NCBI GenBank assembly: GCA_036379675.1
Contig: DASVGF010000082.1
Coordinates: 1-52,890 of the forward strand
From: Gemmatimonadales bacterium
GTDB lineage: Bacteria; Gemmatimonadota; Gemmatimonadetes; Gemmatimonadales; GWC2-71-9
Reading direction: 5' to 3'
DNA: 52,890 nt
Position 1 is the stretch's first letter. The number at the start of each line of letters is the position of its first letter. Positions 35,901 to 43,281 of this stretch are shown piece after piece. The notes under the pieces are model-generated. The model saw only the letters and a list, made by a program, of their open reading frames with translations, searched no databases and was not told the origin of the DNA. A program made the translations under genes and the position numbers.

Positions 35901-36152
35901 GCCATCCACCCGGATGATGCGGCCATCACGACCGCGATCATCGCCATGGGTCATGCGCTGGGTCTCAGGGTCATCGCGGAGGGGGTGGAGACCGAGGCTC
36001 ACCTTAGCCTGCTGCAGAAGCAGGGCTGCGACGAGGTCCAGGGCTATCTGGTAGGCCGCCCGGTGCCGGCCGATCGTTTCGAGGAACACCTGGCCCGCAA
36101 GCGGGGTCCCAACTCGGCGGCGGCGCGGCGCCAGCGCTCCACTACTCGCTGA
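32994..36152 (+). CDS. Membrane sensor with HAMP, GAF-like, GGDEF and EAL domains (c-di-GMP turnover)
   Basis: 1052 aa. Two TM helices flank a ~330-aa extracytoplasmic region. RLGGDEFTVI (GGDEF), GAEALLRWRHPELG (EAL) and DDFGTGYSS. The start is uncertain (TTG 32994 or TTG 33060; no ATG before the first TM). Confidence 0.9.
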   Translation: MLGRSQTTPTFQAGFTHAPSTNLTLPSTPLRSKFGRRLLVLFVGCALVPMAVLASLSYRHVKQQLYRQSEHQLQQANLALSQAIFERLLLLDATLKSIPPKAILQLNAAKLGPKAPRPPAPRPKPKLGNQTQTGNTDGRVAMGGVLLNGLPRPAVPARQGPSRAELIAASQALIAGLDLLARQRFVAVEFVGDDGNRIEVFGRLSRRPRLTSRDSSDLRLGLPLIITEYPPGKPSRVFLLRRMIHRGEVRGTLLGEASPEYLWSTLEQSLPSHTSRLVVTDDSARVIFSLARSPGSLAPGAPDSSTRQPADTARMAASADDSYLSSSTEIRLPEAFAAQMWHVVLTEPKAAVLEPMVEFTNTFLIVIGLSSLAVLLLSVSQIRRSVLPLEELQKGTRRIAQRDFTSRVTVTSRDEFEQLASSFNTMAMQLGRQFNALATAAEIDRAVLSATDATTIVDTILARIRDVFPCSVVSVTLGVPDGANSLTSVIQDYESGQRHVARVGMRSTDVQTILTGPEVVELRTGAGAPSYLEPLVELGAVSFVILPLSYQRQLSGIIALGERFELVPSEEDRVQMRRLADQAAVALANARMLDQVRELAYYDSLTGLPNRLSYKERLAYALEQASRNQKLVAAFFIDLDHFSRINDTLGHEVGDQLLRHVAARLRSCCREREDEVGPAFATLAPEVARLGGDEFTVIMPGLHDPQDAAKLARRIISSFAQPMRVGTHEIFINASIGIAIYPYDGEDLDTLLMHADTAMYKAKEQGGNSYQTYSKSMTTTALQRLTLENDLRRALDRNEFEVHYQPIVDAYTGTVVGAEALLRWRHPELGLLLPSEFIPIAEENGLIVPMGEWILQTACVQNRAWQDAGLPRIRVGVNLSSRQLKRRLSETVSKALQLSGLEPRYLSLELTESVLVNHHKEGTEALHALRAMGLHLSVDDFGTGYSSFSYLKHFPLDTLKIDRSFIREIAIHPDDAAITTAIIAMGHALGLRVIAEGVETEAHLSLLQKQGCDEVQGYLVGRPVPADRFEEHLARKRGPNSAAARRQRSTTR

Positions 36153-36696
36153 GCCGCTGCCCCAGCTCCTCCAGCCGGTCGCAGCCCACTATGTGGTAGG
36201 GCATTCCGCTCGGCAGGGCAATGGCAAAGTAGGAATCCACCGGCACGGCGGGTGCCGCCACCGGCTTGATGAGGACCAGACGCGCCGCATCCACCGCTCC
36301 CGCCACGAACGCTGCCACGCTGTCGCTGGTGACGTCCCAGGTGTGGGGGAGGACATCCGCCGACCGCATCCAGCGTGAAGGAGCCAGCACCACCACGCTC
36401 CCCAGCCGCAACGCCTCCAGAATAGCGCCGGGCTCCTCCACCATCACGGCACCCGGTATCCGCTCCGAGAGCACATGGGCATACTGGTCCATCGCCAGGA
36501 CCGCCATCCAGTGGGCGGCATCGGGCGACAGGCCTACCGACCGGGCGAGCTCACGCACCGCATCCGCCAGGGGACCGCCTCCCGGCACCACGAGAACCCT
36601 GCGGCCGCGCGCGGCATCGGCCACGGCCGAGCACACCCGATCGAGCGCGCCGGGGATGCGGAGAAGCCCCCCGCCGATCTTGATGACACTGATCAT
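36142..36696 (-). CDS. Amino-acid-kinase-fold protein of the H4MPT/methanofuran cluster (MfnE-like candidate)
   Basis: ORF 36142..36810, trimmed to ATG 36696, which overlaps the upstream stop (ATGA). MISVIKIGGGLLRIPGALDRV...VLVVPGGGPLAD. The 3' end overlaps the convergent GGDEF-EAL gene by 11 bp. Confidence 0.75.
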   Translation of the reverse strand: MISVIKIGGGLLRIPGALDRVCSAVADAARGRRVLVVPGGGPLADAVRELARSVGLSPDAAHWMAVLAMDQYAHVLSERIPGAVMVEEPGAILEALRLGSVVVLAPSRWMRSADVLPHTWDVTSDSVAAFVAGAVDAARLVLIKPVAAPAVPVDSYFAIALPSGMPYHIVGCDRLEELGQRLSE

Positions 36697-37730
36697 GGGC
36701 CGGACTGGAGCTGATGCCGGAGCAGCCAGCCCACTGCGGCGGCAGGCGCGATTCGGGCTGCCCGGCCCAGCGACTCGGCCAGCCGAACCACGCTCAAGCC
36801 GGCCCGGCACGCGGCTGCCTCGGCGATGAAGTCACCCAGACCCGCTACCACTGCGGTCGTGATCCCGGGCCAGCGTTCCCGGATCCGCATCACGGACTCG
36901 ACCACGCTGCCGAGCTGGGCCTCGGCCAATGCCGTTGCGAGAGCGTCGATGTCGGATTCGCTGAGCATCTCGGCGTCCCCGCATACCATTCGCGCCAGCC
37001 GTTCGCCGGCAAACTCCCGACTCGCCGGGCGCCCGTCGAGTGTCGGACAGGTGTAGTCTTCGGGCTGGAGCTGTCCCCGCCAGAGGTGCACGTCGCCGCT
37101 CAGGGCAAACCCGTCCGCGGCTATACCGGCACTTCCGCCCCACAGTGGTAAACGCCGCGCCACCGCTTCAGCCGGAGTCCTCAGCGCCCCGGTGTATACC
37201 AGCTCACCGCTGAGCAGTCTCTCAGGGTCGGTTGATCCCAGCGCCACCACACGCCCCTCCACAACCGGGATGAGGTCGGCGCTGGTGCTGCCGATGTCGA
37301 TGAGGAGGCAGTCGGGGTACCATCGGGCGACGAGGTTGGCGGTGGCGGCCCAATTCGCGGCGGCCACGGCGAGCGGCGCTGCCCGGGCCTCGGTGGGACT
37401 GACGAACCGGCCCTTCACCGTATATACGTGGAAGTCGCTGCCGGGGAGTCCGGACGCCAGCGCGTCAAGCACAAACCCGACACCTTCCCGCTTGGTCCGA
37501 AAGGCCTGCGACAGCTCTGCCGTCATGGTGACCGCGTGCAGATCGGAGCCCGCGACTCCCAGCTCACGGGCCGCGGCGGCAATGGTGGAGGCCAGGTCCT
37601 GCGGCCGCCGCTGCACCTCGAGCGCGCGGCACACGCTCCGCATGTCGGACCAGCCGATGCCCCTCAGGCGCACGGCTTTGGTGTTGACCCCACCAATGTC
37701 CCACCCGACCACGGCCGAGGGTTGCGCCAT
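36693..37730 (-). CDS. H4MPT-linked C1 transfer pathway protein (hydantoinase/oxoprolinase-like ASKHA fold; MfnF-like candidate)
   Basis: 345 aa. MAQPSAVVGWDIGGVNTKAVRL and LIDIGSTSADLIPV motifs. Confidence 0.8.
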   Translation of the reverse strand: MAQPSAVVGWDIGGVNTKAVRLRGIGWSDMRSVCRALEVQRRPQDLASTIAAAARELGVAGSDLHAVTMTAELSQAFRTKREGVGFVLDALASGLPGSDFHVYTVKGRFVSPTEARAAPLAVAAANWAATANLVARWYPDCLLIDIGSTSADLIPVVEGRVVALGSTDPERLLSGELVYTGALRTPAEAVARRLPLWGGSAGIAADGFALSGDVHLWRGQLQPEDYTCPTLDGRPASREFAGERLARMVCGDAEMLSESDIDALATALAEAQLGSVVESVMRIRERWPGITTAVVAGLGDFIAEAAACRAGLSVVRLAESLGRAARIAPAAAVGWLLRHQLQSGP

Positions 37731-37755
37731 TCAAACCGTGGGCTGAGGTTCGCGC

Positions 37756-38559
37756 ATGCAGATCATTCCGGTGTTGGACCTGTCGCGGGGAATTGCGGTC
37801 CACGCCCAGGCGGGTGACCGATCCCGCTATGCCCCGCTCAAGTCAGGCCTGACGCCGGGCCAGGACGGGGACCCGGTGGCGTTGCTCCGCGCCTTCCATT
37901 CCGAGCTCGGAGTGCACGAGTGCTATGTGGCGGATCTCGACGCGATCCAGGGTGGCGCCGTCCAGCGAGGGCTGATCCGGCAGCTCGCCGAGTTCCATAC
38001 CGGGTTTGCCGGTGCATTGCTGGTGGATGCCGGCACCAACTCACCGAACGGGGCGCTGGAGGTGCTTTCCTGTGGCGCCAGCGACGTGGTGGTGGGTCTC
38101 GAAACCCTCCAGGCCTTTGCGGACCTGAGTGCCGTGATTGGGCTGGTCGGTCCGTCCCGCATAGTGTTCAGCCTCGACCTGCGGCTCGGCAACCCCATCC
38201 TCCACCCGGCGATGCAGGACGCGGTCGGTCCCGTGGCCGATCCCCTCATCCTCGCCGCGCAGGCCAGAGACGCCGGCGTCTCGACACTCCTGCTCCTGGA
38301 TGTGGGTCGGGTGGGAACCGGATGCGGAGTGGACCTCGGGCTGCTCGAACTGCTGCGGCGGCGGTTTCCCGAGATCCGCCTTCTGGCCGGAGGCGGGGTG
38401 CTTACCCGGCGGGACCTCGACCGGATGCGGGACACGGGGTGCGACGGCGCCCTGATTGCAAGCGCGCTCCATACTGGACGGGTGACGGCGGCTGACCTGG
38501 CCGACCTGGCCGGCCCCGGTTCATGGCCCGGTCAATCGGGAACCAGCCCCTCACGGTAA
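37756..38559 (+). CDS. HisA/HisF-family TIM-barrel protein of H4MPT clusters
   Basis: MQIIPVLDLSRGIAVHAQAG..., VADLDAI and GGGV motifs. ATG 37756 behind GAGG. Only 25 bp separate it from the divergent gene. Confidence 0.8.
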   Translation: MQIIPVLDLSRGIAVHAQAGDRSRYAPLKSGLTPGQDGDPVALLRAFHSELGVHECYVADLDAIQGGAVQRGLIRQLAEFHTGFAGALLVDAGTNSPNGALEVLSCGASDVVVGLETLQAFADLSAVIGLVGPSRIVFSLDLRLGNPILHPAMQDAVGPVADPLILAAQARDAGVSTLLLLDVGRVGTGCGVDLGLLELLRRRFPEIRLLAGGGVLTRRDLDRMRDTGCDGALIASALHTGRVTAADLADLAGPGSWPGQSGTSPSR

Positions 38560-39035
38560 GTGGCCGACTGCCCGTAATTCTCCTCCACCTCGACCTCCAT
38601 CAACGTCAGATGGGTATAGCCGCCCGCCGCCAGCTCCTGGCGCAGCTGGGTACCCAGGTGTTGTGCCAGCATCTCCGCCGTGCTGTTCGGTATGGGCAGA
38701 AGGGCGCAGTCCCGCCGGGGAAAGACGTAGGTGGGTTTCCCGAAGTAGTCCACCGCCAGACGGTCTCCGTCTTCCCGGTAGCTGAGCTTGGGGTTCTGGG
38801 TAGGGAGGATCACCTTGTGGTCGATGGCATCGACCAGGCGACGAGTGATCTGCTTCAGGACGCTGAAGTCCAGCACGAACAGCGTCTCCGAGTCCACCGA
38901 ACCCTCCACCGCCACCCCGACCCGGTAATTGTGCCCGTGGAGAGTCTCGCATTGGTGGCCCTTGAAGGTGATGAAGTGGGCCGACGCGAAGACCAGATAA
39001 TCCTTGCTGACCTGGACCCGGAAGTTGCTTTGCAC
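38532..39035 (-). CDS. 6-pyruvoyl-tetrahydropterin synthase / QueD-family protein
   Basis: ORF 38532..39092. The likely GTG at 39035 is preceded by GAGGAG and lies 11 nt after the upstream stop. SAHFITFKGHQCETLHGHNYRV motif. The 3' end overlaps the convergent HisA/F-like gene by 28 bp. Confidence 0.8.
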   Translation of the reverse strand: MQSNFRVQVSKDYLVFASAHFITFKGHQCETLHGHNYRVGVAVEGSVDSETLFVLDFSVLKQITRRLVDAIDHKVILPTQNPKLSYREDGDRLAVDYFGKPTYVFPRRDCALLPIPNSTAEMLAQHLGTQLRQELAAGGYTHLTLMEVEVEENYGQSATYREGLVPD

Positions 39036-39045
39036 GCCACTCTCC

Positions 39046-39894
39046 TCAGCGATCCCATCCGCCTTCAAGTATAACAACGAACAATGCGGCACATGTCAGG
39101 TCCGCGGTGGTGCCGGGATTGCGCCGGTTGCGTGGATCGCGGAGCTCCGCATCGAGCGCGAGCAGCCCTTTCCGGCCTTTTACGGAGCGGGTCCCACCGC
39201 TCGCTCTGATCTCGCGCGCCCGCTGCGATACCTTTTCGGCCTCGGCCGGACCGAGCTTCCGCGCGATGTGGGTATCCACCGACGCGTCCAGCAGCGCCAG
39301 GTACGCGTCGATGGCGGCTTCGGTCCACGCCAGCCCTTCCTGCCGCGCCGCACGAATGGCCGGTACCCCGACCTCGAAGGTCAACCGGAAGTCGTTGGTA
39401 TACTCCCGCGCGACGGCGTCTCGCCGGGCCGCGAGCGCCATGGCTTCGCGCAGGGTGACGCTCGGCGCGGCTGACACGTCCTCCTCGGCGGATTGCCCGA
39501 GCCCACCAGGGTTGGCCCCCCGGATGGCGGCGTACACATTCGACGCATCCTCGACCGTGGTCTCCGCCAGCACCCGCGAGAGCCGCTCCCGCAGGCTGCC
39601 GCCGGAGCCGAGCGCGGCCCGGGCCAGGGGTGCCAGCAGGAGGACGATGCCGAGATTGGTATTCGACCGGGTCCACCGCAAGGTGGCGTCCACCGCCGTG
39701 CGGATCGTAGCCCCCAGCGGGTTCTCGGCGGCGCCGGCCAGTGCGGGTCCGATGGCCACCGCGCTCGCCAGGAAATCCTCGTACCGGGTGTCGTGAAAGT
39801 GGCGCTCGGGCGACACGTTCCCGGGCTTGGGTGCGCTCACCTCCAGCAGGCACGCCAGCTGGCCGGCGGCGGCCACTTCGGCCGGCGTGGTCAC
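39046..39894 (-). CDS. Triphosphoribosyl-dephospho-CoA synthase (CitG/MdcB) family protein of H4MPT clusters
   Basis: C-terminal 282 aa of ORF 39046..40728. The GTG at 39894 overlaps the mptN stop (GTGA). LACLLEVSAPKPGNVSP...TNLGIVLLLAPL...NPGTTADL. Confidence 0.8.
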   Translation of the reverse strand: MTTPAEVAAAGQLACLLEVSAPKPGNVSPERHFHDTRYEDFLASAVAIGPALAGAAENPLGATIRTAVDATLRWTRSNTNLGIVLLLAPLARAALGSGGSLRERLSRVLAETTVEDASNVYAAIRGANPGGLGQSAEEDVSAAPSVTLREAMALAARRDAVAREYTNDFRLTFEVGVPAIRAARQEGLAWTEAAIDAYLALLDASVDTHIARKLGPAEAEKVSQRAREIRASGGTRSVKGRKGLLALDAELRDPRNRRNPGTTADLTCAALFVVILEGGWDR

Positions 39895-40760
39895 CGACGC
39901 CGGCTGGCGACGAAATCGAGGAGCCGGCCGGCCACGTCCAGACCGGTCGCCTCCTGGAGCCCCTTCCACCCGGGTATGCCGTTTACCTCGAGCACATACA
40001 TCGTTCCACTCTGGTCCGCCAGCAGATCCACGCCGGCGTAGTCTGCACCCACGGCGGCCGCGGCACGCACCGCCAGCGCACAGGACTCGTCCGGCAGAGC
40101 GATGCTTCGGGCGGTGCCGCCCCGGGCGAGATTCGTGCGCCACCCGGTTGAGCGCCGCTCGATGGCGCCCAGCACCCGGCCGCCGACCACGAAGGCGCGG
40201 ATATCCACTCCGCCATGGTCGATGACTTGCTGGAGGTAGTACACGCCGCGGATCTGCTCGATCGTCTTGAAGACCCGAAACGCCATTTCCTCGTCGCTGA
40301 CCCGAACCATGCCGAGTCCCATGGAGCCGAAGAGCGGCTTGACGATCACGTCGCCCAGGGCGCGAAAGGCGGCGAACGCCTCCTCGGGGTTCTCGCAGAT
40401 CACCGTCGCGGGCGTGGGGATGCCGCACTGCTCCAGCAGGGCCGAGGTCCAGAACTTGTCCACCGTCCGCTCGATGGCGCGGGGTGAGTTGATCACCGGC
40501 ACACCCCGGTCCTCCAGCCGGTGCAAAGCATCCACCCGGAAAATGATCTGCTCCAGCGACCCGGACGGAATGATCCTGGCGAGCACGGCATCTACCCCGT
40601 CCAGCTCGATGCTGCGGCTGCGAAGGCCTGAGGCCGGTCCGATAGACGCCGCCAACCCCTCGTACGGGAGCACAATGGCTTCGTGCCCCCGTTCCCCCGC
40701 GGCCCTTTCGAGCTCCCGGGTGTGCCACCCGGGTCGGGCGGCCAGGACGGCGACGCGCAA
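39891..40760 (-). CDS. mptN: RimK-type ATP-grasp ligase (tetrahydromethanopterin:alpha-L-glutamate ligase-like)
   Basis: 289 aa. MRVAVLAARPGWHTRELERAA..., VIVKPLFGSMGLGM, and GADYAGVDLL...YVLEVNGIPGW. Confidence 0.85.
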   Translation of the reverse strand: MRVAVLAARPGWHTRELERAAGERGHEAIVLPYEGLAASIGPASGLRSRSIELDGVDAVLARIIPSGSLEQIIFRVDALHRLEDRGVPVINSPRAIERTVDKFWTSALLEQCGIPTPATVICENPEEAFAAFRALGDVIVKPLFGSMGLGMVRVSDEEMAFRVFKTIEQIRGVYYLQQVIDHGGVDIRAFVVGGRVLGAIERRSTGWRTNLARGGTARSIALPDESCALAVRAAAAVGADYAGVDLLADQSGTMYVLEVNGIPGWKGLQEATGLDVAGRLLDFVASRRR

Positions 40761-41537
40761 CTACTTCGTCTCCTCTCCCAGCAGGGCGTCGAGCCCGCCG
40801 TCGGCAAATTTCGGCAGGTCATCGGCGACACGCTTGAACGCCGGTGTGGCCATGCCCTTCTGCGCGGCGTCGGCCGAAGGGAAATAGAGCTCGGCCTGCC
40901 GGTAGCGCGCCGGAGGCGTCCCATCGAGGTTCGAGTTGAACCGGGTGAGCTCGGCCCTGGTGAACCCGATCTCATCCTGGCTTGCTCCCACCAGCGGAAT
41001 GTGGGTTTCGGCATAGTACTTCTCGAAGGCCGCGGTGTCTTTGGGCGCCTTGTAGATGACCGTCACGATGGCGCCGGCCTCGGCTGATCCGGTCTCGTGC
41101 TCGTTGGTGGTCGTGGCGACCATACCGATGAGGCCGCCGCTGGCGAAATTCTTGAGGTCGTCGGCCACCTTCTTGAACCCCGGCGTGGCCACGCCCTTCT
41201 GCAGATCGTCCATGGAGTCGAAGTAGAGCTCCGCCTGGCGGTAGAAGGTTGGCTTCTTCCCGTCCAGGGTGGAGCGGAACTTGGTGAGATCGGCGCGTTT
41301 GAACCCGATCTCCTGCTGGTTGGCCACGACCAGCGGCAGGTGGGTCGCCGCGTAGTACTTCTCGAACGCGGCGGCGTCCTTCGGCGTGTTATAGAGCACC
41401 GTCACGATGGCCGTTGGCTGGGCCGGCGCGGCGGCGGCGGCCGTGTCGGCGGAGGGTGTGTCTGCCTTCTTGTCCCCCGGCTTGCAGGAAGCGGCGAGCA
41501 CAAACGCGGGAACCAGCAGCCAACTCGAGCGACGCAT
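40761..41537 (-). CDS. Lipoprotein with two tandem EthD-like (TIGR02118-type) domains
   Basis: Lipobox MRRSSWLLVPAFVLAASC. Domain 1: IVTVLYNTPKDAAAFEKYYAATHLPLV...YRQAELYFDSMDDLQKGVATPGFKKVADDLKNFA. Domain 2: IVTVIYKAPKDTAAFEKYYAETHIPLV...YRQAELYFPSADAAQKGMATPAFKRVADDLPKFA. Its stop directly abuts the mptN start. Confidence 0.75.
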   Translation of the reverse strand: MRRSSWLLVPAFVLAASCKPGDKKADTPSADTAAAAAPAQPTAIVTVLYNTPKDAAAFEKYYAATHLPLVVANQQEIGFKRADLTKFRSTLDGKKPTFYRQAELYFDSMDDLQKGVATPGFKKVADDLKNFASGGLIGMVATTTNEHETGSAEAGAIVTVIYKAPKDTAAFEKYYAETHIPLVGASQDEIGFTRAELTRFNSNLDGTPPARYRQAELYFPSADAAQKGMATPAFKRVADDLPKFADGGLDALLGEETK

Positions 41538-41551
41538 AGGGTCTCCGGGGG

Positions 41552-42532
41552 TTAGGTGTACAGCGATGCTTCAAGCACTTCGGGGTTGAGGTGTCCCGCA
41601 TGGAACGTTCTGCCGGTCTCGGTACTGGTGAGCCAGACCTCGGCCGGGCTGAACAGCAGCGGATCGATCTTGTAGAAATCTCCGCCGTAGCGCTGAAAGA
41701 TCTCGTAGAACGGGGTGCCGTAGTCCCGTGAGGCGCTGGCCGGAACCTTCTCGGCCAGCTGCTCCAGCTCGGCGTCGCCGGCGCGAATGGTAAAGCGGGC
41801 CTGGCCGCCGTACAGTATGCAGTCGTTGGTGCGGCCGATCGCCCGAAGATCGTTCTTGGCCACGGGAGGCAACGGGGCCGTTCCCATGGCGCTGATGACC
41901 CGCCGCACATCGAATCCCAGCGTTTCCATCTTGTGCAGGCCGGTCTCGACGATGCGGGCGGAAATCTGCACCCCTCCCGCCAGGCTGGCGGTGGGCGCCA
42001 CAACGAAGGTGATCTGCATTGGCTGCAATCGCGCCTTGTCGGCCACCCACTGGGCCACCTCATCGGTGGGGAGGGTACGGCCCTCGAGCACCAGCACGCC
42101 TTCGTCGGCCTGTTCTTCGTAGCCCAGCTTCTCGAAGAGCTCGCGCTCCACCCGGGCGTGCGCCCGAAGGGGCCCGGAGCCCATCGCGAAGAATTTGCCT
42201 ACCGAGATTGCCCACCCCGCGTACTGGGATGCCATGCACGCCACGGCGGGATGGTCGGTCCAGACAATCAGGCCGGGGTGAGAGTTACCTCCGATCTGCA
42301 CCGGCGTGCAGCTGACGTTGCCGAGGCCGCCCAGGCAGATTTCGGCCAGCGCCAGCCCGGCCTCGATGCCCCCCTCCACTTCCACCCCCGCGTCGATGAC
42401 CCGCGCGCCGCTGGGCAGCCGGTGGGTCTGGGCCCGAAGCATGTCCGACTCATCGGCCATGTGGTCGGCGATTTCCACTGCCGCTTCGTTCATTCGAAGT
42501 GCGGTCATTCGGAGTGCGGTCACGCTGTCCAT
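41552..42532 (-). CDS. mch: Methenyl-tetrahydromethanopterin cyclohydrolase
   Basis: 326 aa. ATG 42532 behind AAGGGAGAG, overlapping the fhcC 3' end by 13 nt. Typical Mch sequence (GARVIDAGVEVEGGIEAGLALAEICLGGLG...). Confidence 0.9.
   Translation of the reverse strand: MDSVTALRMTALRMNEAAVEIADHMADESDMLRAQTHRLPSGARVIDAGVEVEGGIEAGLALAEICLGGLGNVSCTPVQIGGNSHPGLIVWTDHPAVACMASQYAGWAISVGKFFAMGSGPLRAHARVERELFEKLGYEEQADEGVLVLEGRTLPTDEVAQWVADKARLQPMQITFVVAPTASLAGGVQISARIVETGLHKMETLGFDVRRVISAMGTAPLPPVAKNDLRAIGRTNDCILYGGQARFTIRAGDAELEQLAEKVPASASRDYGTPFYEIFQRYGGDFYKIDPLLFSPAEVWLTSTETGRTFHAGHLNPEVLEASLYT
42491..42520 (-). repeat. 15-bp tandem duplication at the mch 5' end
   Basis: cattcgaagtgcggt / cattcggagtgcggt (one mismatch). 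It encodes TALRM-TALRM and creates two additional in-frame ATGs. Confidence 0.7.
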
Positions 42533-43281
42533 GCGAGAATCTCTCCCTTTCCCAGCTCAGCCATGTCGCCGCTGTAGCGGCGGTAAGTGCCGGTCAGATG
42601 CCGGCGCCGGACAGGCAGGCCGTAGTGGTCCTGCAGGCGGGTCAGCAGCAGCCGAAGATGCACCGGCTGATAGGTGCAGGCATAGGCGTAGGTCACCGGC
42701 GGAGTAATCGCTCCGAGGGCGACCACCGTACCCCGTTTGGACCAGAGCCCGGTGTCGGCGCCGGCTGCGCCGAACACCACGACCGTCCCCGCTATCATGC
42801 CCAGCCCGGCCTGACTCCCTGCGTGTCCGCCAATGGCGAGCAGGCCTCGGCGCATGCCGGCCCCGGCCTCGGGTCCTGCCGAGCCGCGCACGATCAGCTC
42901 ACCGCCGGCCATGCCTCTCTTATGACCCAGCGGCGCGGCCCCCGCGCGCGGGCCGGCATCGCCGTGGATATCCAGAACGCCGCCGGCGAGGCCCATTCCT
43001 GCCTCCTGGCCAACGTTCCCCTCCACCGTGACCCTGCCTTCGGCAAGCCCCGCGCCCAGGCGGTCGGCGTGGGCCAGGTCGCCGCTCAAGCGGATCCGCC
43101 CGTCCGGGGCTCCCGTGATCTCGAAGAGATCGCCGAAGGAAACCTTTCCGTCGCGGATGAGGTAGACCGGCCGTGCGGCCATCTCCGTGGCCGACAGGGT
43201 GCTCCAGGGAGCGGCCAGGACTTCCGAGAAATCACCCCGCTGGAGCAGCGGCATGCGCAAGCTGGCAACGAGGCCGCTCAC
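42520..43281 (-). CDS. fhcC: Formyltransferase/hydrolase complex subunit C (formylmethanofuran dehydrogenase subunit C homolog)
   Basis: C-terminal 253 aa of ORF 42520..43872. The GTG at 43281 overlaps the fhcD stop (GTGA). Gly-rich beta-helix repeats (GNVGQEAGMGLAGGVLDIHGDAGPRAG...). Confidence 0.85.
   Translation of the reverse strand: MSGLVASLRMPLLQRGDFSEVLAAPWSTLSATEMAARPVYLIRDGKVSFGDLFEITGAPDGRIRLSGDLAHADRLGAGLAEGRVTVEGNVGQEAGMGLAGGVLDIHGDAGPRAGAAPLGHKRGMAGGELIVRGSAGPEAGAGMRRGLLAIGGHAGSQAGLGMIAGTVVVFGAAGADTGLWSKRGTVVALGAITPPVTYAYACTYQPVHLRLLLTRLQDHYGLPVRRRHLTGTYRRYSGDMAELGKGEILAWTA

Noticed and set aside
33528-36089. 853-aa ORF antisense to the GGDEF-EAL gene. Similar long antisense or alternative-frame ORFs occur at 6755..8530 +, 16814..18196 -, 44432..45916 +, 48178..49626 +, 3133..4560 -, 29472..30830 + and 14680..15525 -.
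   Set aside because: All lie opposite to, or in another frame of, genes with clear family motifs. Their translations are low-complexity R/G/P/A-rich. They are treated as GC-driven spurious ORFs.
39046-40728. Very long N-terminal extensions in ORF-track entries. Examples: 39046..40728, 42520..43872, 30909..32105, 18733..20112, 26667..27650, 47067..48416, 48202..49512, 23283..25427, 5413..7008.
   Set aside because: The extensions overlap the upstream gene in another frame and are R/P/G-rich nonsense. Internal starts coincide with ATGA/GTGA overlaps, RBS-like sequences, signal peptides, or the known family N-termini. The genes were trimmed accordingly.
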